Of a stretch of DNA of 64,000 bases, positions 51,421-64,000 are shown piece after piece (the first letter of the stretch is position 1; the number at the start of each line of letters is the position of its first letter). Location: NCBI GenBank assembly GCA_963767925.1, contig CAVYGB010000002.1:896001-960000 (forward strand). The letters run 5' to 3'. Under the pieces are notes generated by a model that saw only the letters and a list, made by a program, of their open reading frames with translations, was not told where the DNA came from and did no database searches. This DNA comes from an uncultured delta proteobacterium (GTDB lineage Bacteria; Myxococcota_A; Polyangia; Fen-1088). Both the position numbers and the translations under genes were made by a program.

Positions 51421-51945
51421 TCAGGGCGCCATTTCGGGGGGCAGCGCGCCCAGGCGGGCCAGCAGGCGGCGGGTGATGGCGTGTCGCTGGCCGACGATGG
51501 CCGGCCGGTCGGCGTCGCTGCCCCGGAAGGCGACCCCGGCGAGTGCCACCGCGCTGGCGCCGCCGGCGGCGAACGCGACCAGGGGCGATGGCCAGCGGGC
51601 GCCGGCGGCTGGTGGACACGTGCAACGTTCGGTTCGAAGTGGTCATGACGATCCTTTCTCCGGGGGCGGGGACGGGGGCGACGGTGGGAACGGAGACGGC
51701 GGCGCTCGGTGGGCCAGTTGGCGGGGGGGCCGGCAGGCGCAGCAGGCGGCGGATCCGGCCCTCGATCTCGGACCGGGCGGTCGCCAGGCCGGGCGCCGGG
51801 TGGACCGGACCCGGCGCGGCCGCCGCGACGGCCAGCAGGGTGCGGGCGTAGGCGGTGGGACGGACGCTGGCGAGGACGACGTCGTCGCAGCTCTCCTCCT
51901 GCGCCCGCTCGAGCCAGCGCCGGAGCAGGTGCCGCCGGCACGACA
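51421..51945 (-). pseudogene. 3' remnant of an M56 (BlaR1/MecR1) family peptidase, with a frameshift near 51585
   Basis: [14 protein letters not shown]...YARTLLAVA...IEGRIRRLL; no upstream HExxH or N-terminal TM region. Confidence 0.65.
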
Positions 51946-52053
51946 TCGACGGCGAGGTCGCACGTCCTCCCCGCCTGGACCTCAGGTGGACCGTCCCTTC
52001 TACCGAAGGTGGGATGGACCCGGGCGACACCCGGGGTGGGAGAGGAGACCAGG

Positions 52054-54261
<2,208 letters not shown>

Positions 54262-54301
54262 GCGCGGTGCTACTCAAATCCCGCCCACCCGGTGCCCGTT
54301 T

Positions 54302-54430
54302 GCCCTCTCCCCGCAGCCGTCCGCGGCTGTGGGGAGAGGGCAGGGTGAGGGGAGGCTGCCTCGCCGGAGGCCCCTCACCCGGCGCGCAGACGCGCCGACC
54401 TCTCCCCACGGCAGACCGCGGGGAGAGGTG
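54302..54430. repeat. Double-hairpin REP-like element related to the palindromic family
   Basis: GCCCTCTCCCC..GGGGAGAGGGCAGGGTGAGGGG ... CCCCTCACCC..CCTCTCCCC..GGGGAGAGG. Confidence 0.75.
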
Positions 54431-54464
54431 ATGCGGAGGTGATGGGCGGTGAGGGGGTGATGAA

Positions 54465-54825
54465 GTGATGGGTGATGGGTGATGGGTGATGGGTGTGGGT
54501 GTGGGTGATGGGTGATGGGTGATGGGTGATGGGTGATGGGTGATGGGTGATGGGTGATGGGGAATGGGGAATGGGGAATGGGGAATGGGGGATGGGGGAT
54601 GGGGGATGGGGGATGGGGGATGGGGGATGGGGGATGGGGGATGGGGTGATGGGGATGGGGGATGGGGGATGGGGGATGGGGGATGGGGGATGGGGGATGG
54701 GGGATGGGGGATGGGGTGATGGGGATGGGGGATGGGGGATGGGGGATGGGGGATGGGGGATGGGGGATGGGGTGATGGGGATGGGGATGGGGATGGGATG
54801 GGGGATGGGGGATGAGGGGGGGGGC
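54465..54825. repeat. About 360-bp G-rich heptamer tandem repeat (GGGTGAT, then GGGGAAT, then GGGGGAT)
   Basis: Direct reading of 54465-54825. Confidence 0.95.
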
Positions 54826-56727
54826 TCAGGGCGCGATGGTGAAGCGGGCGGCTGTGGGGTCGTGGTCGCTGGCCTGGACGGCGAGCTCGGCGTTGACGTG
54901 GACGATGTCGTAGGCGGCGCCGGCGAGCGCGGGGCTGACCAGGATGTGGTCGAGCGCCTGGCTGTTGCCCTCGAACACGTAGCTGTAGCGCTCGGCGGGG
55001 GGCAGGGTCTCGACCAGCGCGGTGAGGCAGGCCTGGCCCAGGCGGGCCAGGGGCGGGGAGGAGGGGAAGTCGTTGAGGTCGCCCATCACCAGGATGCGGG
55101 CCGTCGCATCGAGGGCCAGGATCTCCTCGACGAAGCTGGCCACCACCTCGACCTGCTGCAGCCGCTGCGGCTCGGAGGTGAGCCGGGGCGGCTGGAAGCG
55201 CCCGAACAGGGGCTGGTCGCCGCCCCTGGAGTTGAAGTGGTTGGCCACCACGAACAGGGTCTGGCCGGCGAAGGTCAGCTCGGCGGCCAGCGGCTTGCGG
55301 CTGTTGCGGAAGGCGGGGTTGCCGGGATCGAGGCGGCCGGGGCTCAGCTCCAGCCGGGGGACGCCGCCGGCGGACAGCACGCGGTTGGGCCGGGCGGCGG
55401 TGGCGCCCGGGCGGTCGACGAAGGCCAGGCCCCGGTCGCTGCGGAACAGGATCACCACCCGGATGTTGCCGCCCGGCTCGCCCCCGTCCTGGTCGTCGGC
55501 GGGGTCGACGCCGCGGGACTGATAGGCGGGGCCGCCGGCCGCGGCGATGGCGCCGGTCAGCCGCTGCAAGGTGGCGCCGGCGGTCACCACCGCGTCGTTG
55601 CGGGGGCCGTTGTCGTCTTGCACCTCCTCGAGGGCGACGAGATCGGGCGCCGCCAGGTGGCCGACCACGATCTCCGCCAGGGCGGCGAACTTGCCCGCGT
55701 CGTCGGCGGCGGCGAGGTTCTCGACGTTGAGGGTGGCGAAGGTCAGCTCGGTGGCGGCCGGAGGGCCAAAGCGCAGCGAGGCGCGGGTCAGGCCGCCGGG
55801 CTGGATCGGGGGCAGGGGCTCGCTGGCCAGCAGCTTGAAGTTGCCGAAGGAGTAATCGAGGACGCCGGTGATCGGGCCGGGCAGCCGGTCGCCCACCTGC
55901 GCCTCGGGCAGGTCGACGAGGGCGCTGGAGACGATGACCCGCTCCGGATTGAAGTCGCCGGGCGCGACCACGACCCCGCCCCGCGGGCTGCGCAGCCCGG
56001 CGCCCTGGCCCCCGCGGGCCAGCACCGGGAGCTCGCGCGCGGGCGGGTTGCCCCCGAAGTCGAAGGTCGGTCCCACCACCACCGCGTCGGTCAGGACGAC
56101 ACGCATCGATTCCAGGCTCTCGTAGAAGTCGAGGCCGTCGCGGTCGGGGTCGAACACGGTCGGCCCGATCTCCACGTCGCCCTCGGTGTCGTCGTCGATC
56201 ACCGCGCCGGGCGGGTGGCGCTCGCCCGGGGCGGGCCCGATGGCCACCGGCGGGGGCAGCGGGTTGCCGCTCGACAGGACGCGCAGGTCGGTGGGGCGAT
56301 CGATCTGGGTGGTGGTGAGGTTGGCGAAGGCGCTGGCCCCGGGGCCGCAGTCCGCGCAGCCGGGGCGGTACTCGCTGACCGGCCCGGTCACCTGCAGGGC
56401 GTCGCCGGCCGCCACCTCCGGCTGGCTGCTGGTGAAGACGAACAGCGCCTCCGAGGTCTCCGGGTCCCCGTCGGGCAGCGGGTCCTGCAGGAAAAAGCCG
56501 TTGCTCCGGACGGCGGTGGCGATCCCGCGCACGGCGACCACCACCTGCCCCACCCGCGGCGAGCGGTGGGCCTTGCCCTGGATCTCGCGGATGCGCACGC
56601 CCCCTCCCGCCAGGCCGGCCGGAGCCCCCGGCCCCGGCGCGCTCCTCTCGCGCCAGCCGGGGGAGACGCAGCCACAGCCCGCGGTCGCGACGACGGCCGC
56701 CACAATGGAGGCGAAGCGGTGTTTCAT
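54826..56727 (-). CDS. Extracellular nuclease: OB-fold plus endonuclease/exonuclease/phosphatase domain, probable lipoprotein
   Basis: IREIQG..HRSP, GFFLQD, YESLESMRV, ATLNVENL, EEVQDD, NHFNS, MGDLND, LDHILVS, SDHDP. Confidence 0.92.
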   Translation of the reverse strand: MKHRFASIVAAVVATAGCGCVSPGWRERSAPGPGAPAGLAGGGVRIREIQGKAHRSPRVGQVVVAVRGIATAVRSNGFFLQDPLPDGDPETSEALFVFTSSQPEVAAGDALQVTGPVSEYRPGCADCGPGASAFANLTTTQIDRPTDLRVLSSGNPLPPPVAIGPAPGERHPPGAVIDDDTEGDVEIGPTVFDPDRDGLDFYESLESMRVVLTDAVVVGPTFDFGGNPPARELPVLARGGQGAGLRSPRGGVVVAPGDFNPERVIVSSALVDLPEAQVGDRLPGPITGVLDYSFGNFKLLASEPLPPIQPGGLTRASLRFGPPAATELTFATLNVENLAAADDAGKFAALAEIVVGHLAAPDLVALEEVQDDNGPRNDAVVTAGATLQRLTGAIAAAGGPAYQSRGVDPADDQDGGEPGGNIRVVILFRSDRGLAFVDRPGATAARPNRVLSAGGVPRLELSPGRLDPGNPAFRNSRKPLAAELTFAGQTLFVVANHFNSRGGDQPLFGRFQPPRLTSEPQRLQQVEVVASFVEEILALDATARILVMGDLNDFPSSPPLARLGQACLTALVETLPPAERYSYVFEGNSQALDHILVSPALAGAAYDIVHVNAELAVQASDHDPTAARFTIAP

Positions 56728-56773
56728 CTCTCGAAGGTATCGGCCGGGGCCACGCGGCGGGTGCTCCGGGCGG

Positions 56774-57322
56774 TCAGGGTTTGCAGTCGGGCGTCGAGGC
56801 GACGAAGGCGCCCAGCGGCGCCAGGCGCTTCTCCGCCAGGGCGCCGCGCACGGGGCCCAGCAGGGCCGCCAGGCGGGCGGCGGCGGCGCCGCCGATCAGG
56901 CCCTCGATCTCGGCGGCGTGGACGGCGTGGATGAGGCCCACCGCCCCGGGCAGGCGCGGGTCGGTCTCCTCGATCGCCTCGTAGTAGCCCAGGGCCGCCG
57001 TCCAGGTCTCCTGCAGGTCGGCCAGCGCCCCCCGCGTGCGCCGCTGCTCGTCGGGCGACAGCCCCGCCTCGATCGCGAACGCCTCGAACCGCCGCCAGGC
57101 CTCGCGCCCGCGCTGCGGGGAAGCCGGCTGGGCGACCCGCACCCCCTCGAACACGCCCGCTCGGCTCGACGGGGCCCCAGGGTCATCCGACCGGGCGGGC
57201 GCGAGGCCAAAGCCCATCATCACCAGCAACCCGCCCGCCACCGCGCCGATGGAGCGCTCGCCCCAGGCCGGCGCGCGGGGCGCCGGGGGGCCGTCGGTGG
57301 AGGGATAGAGAGTCGCTACCAC
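56774..57322 (-). CDS. Hypothetical protein with one TM/signal segment (start uncertain)
   Basis: 182-aa ORF with coding-like codon usage; hydrophobic IGAVAGGLLVMMGFGLA. Confidence 0.5.
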   Translation of the reverse strand: MVATLYPSTDGPPAPRAPAWGERSIGAVAGGLLVMMGFGLAPARSDDPGAPSSRAGVFEGVRVAQPASPQRGREAWRRFEAFAIEAGLSPDEQRRTRGALADLQETWTAALGYYEAIEETDPRLPGAVGLIHAVHAAEIEGLIGGAAAARLAALLGPVRGALAEKRLAPLGAFVASTPDCKP

Positions 57323-57466
57323 GCTATGAGGCTACCAGGGCGGCGGCGACGTTTCCGCGACGGCTGGGGAACTTTGCCATGGCCCCTCCGTCGCGCCCCG
57401 GAGGTTCCTGCCCGCCGGCGTCCGGCCGCGCCCGCTCGCTGCGAGCCCGCCCGCCAGGCCGGGCCC

Positions 57467-57850
57467 TCAGTTCCGTACCGGCGCGGCAGCGGCGGCGCCG
57501 GGGGCGGGCCGGCTCGCTTCGCTCTCCGAAGCCAGATGGAGGATCGCGCTCTCGATCCACGCGCCGGCGATGTCGCCCCGGATCGCGACCTCGAACACCG
57601 GCGGAAGCCCGGCGAGAAACAGCTTCGCGGCCTGGCGTTCGCAGCCGATGTAGCCGCAGACGAACCGGGAGACCGGCCCGCCGCCGCCGCAACGCTCGAA
57701 CAGCACCGATCCCTTCAGGATCTCGGGCAGCAGGACCGACGAGTCGACGAGGTCGGTGGGCGCTCCGTTCTCGAGGATGTGCGCGTCGCCGCCCGGCAAG
57801 ACGACGATCTCGCCGGGCGGGAAACGCAGGGGATCGCAGCCGCTGACCCG
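57467..57850 (-). pseudogene. Internal fragment of an AraC-family regulator (cupin domain), no HTH
   Basis: PGEIVVLPGGDAHIL...RFVCGY...FLAGLPP...WIESAILHLASE..ASRP. Confidence 0.7.
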
Positions 57851-58171
57851 GACGCTCGGCCCCCCCAGCAAGACCCGCCTCGCCGACGGGAAACATTTCT
57901 TCCGGGCGGGGGCCGCCCACGTGGCCGCGCAGATCGCCCGCCGGCTGCATCCTCTCGCGGCGCGTGGGCCCGCCGCGCCCGGTCGCGGTCCACGTCGCCG
58001 GGCGAAGTTTTACAAGGTCCTGACGCCCTCGGCGGCACCGGGGTCAGGCCACCGTGGTACCACCTAGCCCCGATGGCGCCCTCCCGCGGCGCCGTCGACG
58101 AGCGGGCGGGCACGGGGGACGGATCCAGCGCGCCACGTTCGTGTAAGGTGCGGGCGCCCCAGGAGGTCCCC

Positions 58172-59320
58172 ATGTCCATCCATCGAAGGTCTCTGCTCCC
58201 GGCCCTGGGAGGGCTGGGCCTGGCAGGTTGCGGGATGTTGCCCCGGCCGCGCGGCCGCAGCCTCGAGCGGCTCATCTCGCTGGGCGACTTCGAAGCCGAA
58301 GCCCAGGAACGCCTGTCGCGGATGGCGTTCGACTTCATCGCCGGCGGCGCCGGCGACGAGATCACCGTGCGCTGGAACCGGGAGGCGTTCGATCGGGTGG
58401 CCCTGCGCCCCGGCACCATGGTCGACGTCTCGAGCATCGACACGAGGACCATCCTCCTCGGGCAGTCCCTGGCCCACCCGATCATGCTGGCCCCGACCGG
58501 CTACCACCGCCTGATCCACCCCGAGGGCGAGATCGCCACCGCCCAGGGCGCGGGCGCCGCCCAGGCCCTGCTGACCGTCAGCTCCAGCGCCACGATGTCG
58601 ATCGAGCAGATCGCCCGCGCCGCCCGCGGCCCACTCTGGTTCCAGCTCTACATCCAGGAGGACCGGGGCTTCACCCGCCAGCTCGTGGCGCGCGCCGAGG
58701 CGGCCGGCTGCAAGGCCATCGTGCTCACCGTCGACGCGCCGGTGGCCGGCGCCCGCAACCGCGAGCGGCGCTCGTCGTTCGTGTTGCCCGCCGGGATGGA
58801 GGCGCCGATGAATCCCCTGTCGAACCGGGCCCGCCGGGGCGACCAGGGGCAAGATCCCCTCCTCAAGTACCAGCGCTTCCCGGTGACCTGGAAGGACCTC
58901 GAGTGGCTGCGCACGATCGCCAGGACCCCCATCCTGCTCAAGGGGATCTTGCACCCCAACGACGCCGACCAGGCCGCCCGCAGCGGCGCCGCCGGGATCA
59001 TCGTCTCGAACCACGGCGGGCGGTACCTCGACTCGGCCCCCGCCACCCTCGACGTGTTGCCGGCGGTGGTGGAGAAGGTTGACGGCCGCCTGCCCATCCT
59101 CGTCGACGGGGGCATCCGCCGCGGCACCGACGTGCTCAAGGCCCTGGCCCGGGGCGCGTCGGCGGTGATGGTCGGTCGCCCCTACCTCTACGGGCTGGGC
59201 GCGGCCGGCGCCGCCGGGGTCAAGCGGGTGGTCGACATCTTGCGGGTCGAGCTGGAGATGGCGATGGCCCTCACCGGCCGCCCCGCCCTCGCCTTCGTCG
59301 ACCGCTCGCTGCTCGCCTGA
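58172..59320 (+). CDS. FMN-dependent alpha-hydroxy acid oxidase/dehydrogenase with Tat/lipoprotein-like leader
   Basis: [57 protein letters not shown]; leader [20 protein letters not shown]. Confidence 0.93.
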   Translation: MSIHRRSLLPALGGLGLAGCGMLPRPRGRSLERLISLGDFEAEAQERLSRMAFDFIAGGAGDEITVRWNREAFDRVALRPGTMVDVSSIDTRTILLGQSLAHPIMLAPTGYHRLIHPEGEIATAQGAGAAQALLTVSSSATMSIEQIARAARGPLWFQLYIQEDRGFTRQLVARAEAAGCKAIVLTVDAPVAGARNRERRSSFVLPAGMEAPMNPLSNRARRGDQGQDPLLKYQRFPVTWKDLEWLRTIARTPILLKGILHPNDADQAARSGAAGIIVSNHGGRYLDSAPATLDVLPAVVEKVDGRLPILVDGGIRRGTDVLKALARGASAVMVGRPYLYGLGAAGAAGVKRVVDILRVELEMAMALTGRPALAFVDRSLLA

Positions 59321-59391
59321 AGCGGGGACCTTCGCAAGAGACGGTCCAGCCCCTGCGGTCGGGGGCCGGGGTGCGCTATGGTCAGGCCACG

Positions 59392-60379
59392 ATGAGCGCC
59401 GTCATCAGCATCACCGGCCTGACCAAGACCTACGCCTCCGGCCTGCAGGCCTTGAAGAGCGTGGACCTCGAGATCCAGCGGGGCGAGATCTTCGCCCTGC
59501 TGGGCCCCAACGGCGCCGGCAAGACCACCCTGATCAACATCGTGTGTGGCATCGTCACCGCCAGCAGCGGCAAGGTGCTGGTCGACGGCCAGGACAGCGA
59601 GCGCGACTACCGGGCCGTGCGGGCCCGGATCGGCCTCGTGCCCCAGGAGCTGACCACCGACGCCTTCGAGACGGTGTGGGCCACCGTCACCTTCAGCCGG
59701 GGGCTGTTCGGCCGCCCGGCCAGCCCCGCCCACATCGAGAAGGTGCTGCGCGATCTGTCCCTGTGGGACAAGCGCCACGAGAAGATCATGAACCTCTCGG
59801 GCGGCATGAAGCGCCGGGTGATGATCGCCAAGGCCCTCTCGCACGAGCCGGAGATCCTGTTCCTCGACGAGCCGACCGCCGGCGTCGACGTGGAGCTGCG
59901 GCGGGACATGTGGAACCTGGTGCGGGGGCTGCGCGAGCAGCGGCGTCACCATCATCCTGACCACCCATTACATCGACGAGGCCGAGGAGATGGCCGACCG
60001 GATCGGCATCATCACCAAGGGCGAGCTGGTGGTGGTCGAGGAGAAGGCCAGGCTCATGCAGAAGCTCGGCAAGCGGCAGCTCACCCTGCAGCTGCAGGAG
60101 CCGATGACCGCCATCCCCGCCGAGCTGGCCGCCTGGTCCCTGGCCCTCAAGGCCAAGGGCTACGAGCTCGAGTACACCTTCGACGCCAACGACGGCAAGG
60201 CCGACATCCCCGCCCTGCTGCGCCGCCTGGACGACCTGGGGATCAACTTCAAGGATCTGAGCACCCGCCAGAGCTCGCTCGAGGAGATCTTCGTGAGCCT
60301 CATCCACCACCAGCCACCGCCGGGAGACGCCGGCAACGGCGCCGCCGCCCAGGCCAAGAGCGCGGGAGGGTCGCGGTGA
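59392..60379 (+). CDS. ABC transporter ATP-binding protein (YadG-like); +1 frameshift near 59940
   Basis: [23 protein letters not shown]; continues [20 protein letters not shown] in the frame of ORF 59990..60379. Confidence 0.92.
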
Positions 60380-61152
60380 GCGCCCCCGGCTTCAACCACC
60401 GGGGCGTCTGGGCCATCTACCGGTTCGAGATGGCCCGCTTCGGGCGCACCGTCGTGCAGAGCGTGGTCACCCCCGTCATCACCACCTCGCTCTACTTCGT
60501 CGTGTTCGGCTCGGCCATCGGGTCGCGCATGAGCGAGGTGGGCGGCGTCCCCTACGGCGCCTTCATCGTGCCCGGCCTCATGATGCTGTCCCTCTTCACC
60601 GAGAGCATCTCCAACGCCTCGTTCGGCATCTACTTTCCCAAGTTCACCGGGACGATCTACGAGCTGCTGTCGGCCCCCATCTCCTTCGTCGAGATGATCA
60701 TCGGCTACGTCGGCGCCGCCGCCAGCAAGTCGATCATCCTCGGCATGATCATACTGGCCACGGCGTCGTTCTTCGTGCCGGTGCGGATCGCCCACCCGGT
60801 CTGGATGATCGCCTTTCTGCTGCTGACCGTGACCACCTTCAGCCTGTTCGGGTTCGTGATCGGCATCTGGGCCAAGGGGTTCGAGCAGCTCCAGTTCATC
60901 CCCATGCTCGTCATCACCCCCCTGGCCTTCCTGGGCGGCGCCTTCTACTCGATCGACATGTTGCCCCCCACCTGGCGCACGCTGGTGCTGTTCAACCCCG
61001 TCGTCTACCTGATCAGCGGCTTCCGCTGGGCCTTCTACGACACCGCCGACGTCGCCGTCCCGGTCAGCCTGGGCGCCACCCTCGTCTTCTTCCTCACCCT
61101 CCTGCTCGTCATCCGCTGGATGGTCAAGACCGGCTACCGCCTGAAGAACTGA
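60376..61152 (+). CDS. ABC-2 type permease (YadH-like)
   Basis: GTGA overlap with the ATPase stop; [31 protein letters not shown], ends TGYRLKN. Confidence 0.92.
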   Translation: MSAPGFNHRGVWAIYRFEMARFGRTVVQSVVTPVITTSLYFVVFGSAIGSRMSEVGGVPYGAFIVPGLMMLSLFTESISNASFGIYFPKFTGTIYELLSAPISFVEMIIGYVGAAASKSIILGMIILATASFFVPVRIAHPVWMIAFLLLTVTTFSLFGFVIGIWAKGFEQLQFIPMLVITPLAFLGGAFYSIDMLPPTWRTLVLFNPVVYLISGFRWAFYDTADVAVPVSLGATLVFFLTLLLVIRWMVKTGYRLKN

Positions 61153-61329
61153 CCCCCTGCCGGGCCGGGCTCCACCCGGGTGACGCGCGTCCCATCGTGG
61201 GAATCATGCAAGGAGACTTCCCGACCTGCCGCGCCAAGCTAGACGCCAGGGCCGGACCCACGGTAGCGTCGAGGCCGCGTGAACGGAACGTCTGGGCGAA
61301 GGTGGGCTCGACCACCCGGAGGAGGGTCC

Positions 61330-63036
61330 ATGCGCCGCGGGCTTCGTCCCGCGCGACTTGCCGTCCGTCTGCTGGTGGCCAGCGTCCTGGTCGGGTGCGC
61401 GGGCACGGCGCCCGAGCGGCTGTCGATCACGGCACCTGCGCCGATCGTCGCGCGCGGCTGTCCGGTGCTCAACGGCGTGGCGATCAGCCCCGACGCGGGC
61501 GGGCCGGGCGCGCGGCTGTGCGGCCGCGTGCGGCTCCCGCCGGGCGCCGCCGCGCCGACGGACCCGGGGAACCTGGTCCTCTCCTGGTACACGCCGCGGG
61601 AGCACGCCCGCTTCCGGAACCGGCACCTGCCGCCCATGGATCTGTTCTGGACGCTGTTCGACCGGGCGCGGGTGGTGACCGGGGCCAACCTGGCGGCCGG
61701 GTCGGGGATCGACTACGCGCTCGATTACCCGGGCGGCGAGGCGGTGGTCCTGGCCATCGCCGACCTCCGGCGCGACTTCTGGGAGACGCTGTTCGGCGAG
61801 GGGGCGGGCAACTTCATCGGCGTGTCGGTCGGGACCACGCCGCTGGCCCGCGGCGACCGCCGGGCGGACGTCGTGCTGGCCGCCGCGCCCGCCGCCGAGC
61901 CGCGGCCCGAAGCGTGCCAGGGCGACCGCTTCGAGCTGGTGATCGTCGACGCGCCCGAGGTGGCGGGCGCGATCGGCAACCCGACCGCCCGCCGCCTGTG
62001 CGTGTGGCTGCCGGCCTCGTACCGGAGCGCGCCGGAGCGGCGCTACCCCGTCGTCTACCTGTTCTCGGGCTACGCCGGCCGGGACACCTCGTACCTGGTG
62101 GGCAACCAGGAGCTGCGCAGCACCGCCGACGCGCTGGCGGCGGAGGGCGTGGGCGAGGCCATCCTGGTCGGCGTCGACACCAGCAGCCGGCACGGCAGCA
62201 CCTACTTCAGCGATTCACCGGCGGAGGGCGCCTGGGCCACCTTCGCCCGCGAGCGCCTGACCCAGGCCATCGATCGCCTGTTTCGCACCCACCCCGACGG
62301 CAGCGCTCGCGCGCTGGTGGGGCACTCGACCGGCGGCTTCAACGCCATCTCGCTCGCCCTCCGCTTCTCCGAGCTGTTCGGCGCCGCCGCCGCCTCTGCC
62401 CCCGACGCGCTCGACTTCGAGGGCTGGCTGGCCGAGGCCGGCCGGGTGCGCCCGCGGCTGCTGGCCTGGACCCGTCTCGAAGCCGCCCTGGGCGGCCCCG
62501 GACAGATGGCCAGCTACGCCGCCGCCTGGTCGCCGCAGCCGACGGTGACCACGGCCAGCTACCCGTTCGACCTGCAGAGCGGAGCCCTGCGCCCCGACGA
62601 CTTCGCCGCCTGGCAGGCCCACAGCCCGATCCGCCTGCTCGAGGATCCCGCGCGCCTCGCGACGATCCGAAACCGGCTCGATGGCCGCCTGTTCATCACC
62701 GTGGGCAAGAACGACGAGTTCGACCTGCACGATCCAGCCCGCCGCTTCTCCGCCCGCCTCGGCACGCTGCGGGTGAAACACACCTTCCGCAGCACCGCCG
62801 GCGGCCACGGCTCCGACTCCCGCTCCGGCCTGCGCTCCGCCCTCAGCTTCGCCGTGCAAGCCCTCAGCGCCGCCCGCGCCGGCCCCCAGGCACAAGCAGA
62901 CACCGGCGAGGCCTCGCTGACGCCCGCTTTCTCGAACGATGACGGTGGCTCGATTGGCCGCACCGAGGCGATTTGCCACTCATCCCGGGCGGAGACTCGG
63001 CTAGCCTTCTCTCGATGTGCCGGCTCCGACCCCTGA
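61330..63036 (+). CDS. Lipoprotein alpha/beta hydrolase (putative esterase family)
   Basis: Lipobox LVGC; VWLPASY...RRYPVVYL; GHSTGG nucleophile elbow; VGKNDEF; GGH. Confidence 0.85.
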   Translation: MRRGLRPARLAVRLLVASVLVGCAGTAPERLSITAPAPIVARGCPVLNGVAISPDAGGPGARLCGRVRLPPGAAAPTDPGNLVLSWYTPREHARFRNRHLPPMDLFWTLFDRARVVTGANLAAGSGIDYALDYPGGEAVVLAIADLRRDFWETLFGEGAGNFIGVSVGTTPLARGDRRADVVLAAAPAAEPRPEACQGDRFELVIVDAPEVAGAIGNPTARRLCVWLPASYRSAPERRYPVVYLFSGYAGRDTSYLVGNQELRSTADALAAEGVGEAILVGVDTSSRHGSTYFSDSPAEGAWATFARERLTQAIDRLFRTHPDGSARALVGHSTGGFNAISLALRFSELFGAAAASAPDALDFEGWLAEAGRVRPRLLAWTRLEAALGGPGQMASYAAAWSPQPTVTTASYPFDLQSGALRPDDFAAWQAHSPIRLLEDPARLATIRNRLDGRLFITVGKNDEFDLHDPARRFSARLGTLRVKHTFRSTAGGHGSDSRSGLRSALSFAVQALSAARAGPQAQADTGEASLTPAFSNDDGGSIGRTEAICHSSRAETRLAFSRCAGSDP

Positions 63037-63290
63037 CCCTGGTCATCGCATCCGTATGCCTCCGTGGCGGGACGGCCCGGGCGAATCCGGCCGATCCCCG
63101 GATGGATCTGCTGGCGAACCGCTACCTGTGGCACCTGCATCGTGAAGGACCCGTGTTTCCGCTGGACTCCGAGGGGCTGCGAAAATACCGCCGGGAATAC
63201 GACAGCCCCTGGGGAGAGTCGATCCGGCACGACGGCGTCTGGGGCCGGGGCCTCGCGAGGCCAGCGACCAGCGACCGACAGCGTCCGTGA
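63015..63290 (+). pseudogene. Probable 5' stub of a larger exported protein
   Basis: Signal-like start then DLLANRYLWHL...EGLRKYRREYDSPWG; terminates abruptly. Confidence 0.35.
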
Positions 63291-63420
63291 CACACGCCTC
63301 GCTACCGGCATCGCGCATGCAATGTCACGCCGGAAGGGAGAGTTCCCGCAAATTATCGAGACCTCGCTCGTGGCGAATAGCCTCGGTGAGGCGATCTGCC
63401 ACTTTGCCGGTAGGCCTGTC

Positions 63421-64000
63421 ATGAAAGTTGCGACCAAGCTGGCCCTGGCGGCCGTGTTGATCCTGGTGACGGTCTTTGCGGCTCGGGCCTACGAGAGCGC
63501 CAGGCGAGAAATTGCCCGCGCCGAGGCGGACCTGCGCGAAGGGCAGTTCATCGTGGCGCGAGCCCTGCGCCCTGCCGTCCGGGAAGTCTGGCGCCTCGAG
63601 GGGCGCACGCGGGCCCTGCAGATCCTGGACATCGCCGACGAGCGGATCCAGCGCGCCCGCCATCTCGAGATCGCCTGGGTGCCGTTCCACCCGGTGCCGA
63701 CCTCGTACCAGAAGCTGCTGGGCGCCGCGGACCTGAGGCGCCTGCGCGACAGCGAGGATGCTACTGTGGTCCGGATGACGGCCGACCGCCTCGTGACCTA
63801 CGTCCCACTGCATGTCGGCCCGCAGGCGGAAGGCGCGCTGGAGGTCTCGGAGCCCCTGCAGCCCTACCACGCGCGCTGGCGTGAGGAGGTCTGGGCCGTG
63901 CTCGGCCGGGCCGGGGTGGGGGCGGCGGCCAGCATCCTCGCGGTCAGCGCCCTCGGGTTCGTCATGGTCGGACGCCCCACCCGCCGACTGCGGGACTTCG
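63421..64000 (+). CDS. Membrane sensor histidine kinase, N-terminal part (partial at window edge; not in ORF track)
   Basis: MKVATKLALAAVLILVTVFAA TM1, extracytoplasmic domain (..YVPL...GALEVSEPL), TM2, then VGRPTRRL at the start of a HAMP; open to the window end. Confidence 0.8.
   Translation, partial: MKVATKLALAAVLILVTVFAARAYESARREIARAEADLREGQFIVARALRPAVREVWRLEGRTRALQILDIADERIQRARHLEIAWVPFHPVPTSYQKLLGAADLRRLRDSEDATVVRMTADRLVTYVPLHVGPQAEGALEVSEPLQPYHARWREEVWAVLGRAGVGAAASILAVSALGFVMVGRPTRRLRDF

Noticed and set aside
54547..56934. 795-aa ORF with a MGDGGWG repeat N-terminus
   Set aside because: Translation of the heptamer tract joined to the antisense of the nuclease gene
59371..61152. 593-aa ABC ATPase-permease fusion
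   Set aside because: A frameshift near 59940 hides the H-loop (LTTHY); the two genes overlap normally at GTGA 60376-60379

Overview
Very GC-rich bacterial chromosomal segment, most likely from a Myxococcota (myxobacterium-like) genome. This is an inference from the Ser/Thr kinase plus TPR-PEGA pair, a MYXO-CTERM-like tail, many lipoproteins and Pro/Gln-rich secreted proteins. It carries housekeeping and metabolic genes (long ICL2-type aceA, ppa, two dacB paralogs, metK, ahcY, M1 aminopeptidase, tartrate/D-malate dehydrogenase with a DASS transporter, ppk1, YadG/H-like ABC pair), signalling genes and many uncharacterised envelope proteins. Several otherwise intact genes carry single-base frameshifts (aceA, dacB-1, metK with at least 5, a DUF5916 protein, an ABC ATPase), which look like long-read indel errors. 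The most notable unexplained structures are: (i) a nucleotidyltransferase plus small 'DM..TxRL' protein module, present once intact (back-to-back with a MntA/HepT toxin-antitoxin pair) and once as a remnant; (ii) many internally deleted or stitched gene remnants; (iii) tandem duplications of gene 3' ends (metK, GFA gene); (iv) a palindromic MITE/REP-like family, mostly between convergent genes; (v) a 609-bp internally deleted IS5-family element with intact ends; (vi) a long G-rich heptamer tract; (vii) probable pseudo-enzymes. No rRNA, tRNA or CRISPR array was recognised. All family assignments come from motif recognition by eye, not from database searches.
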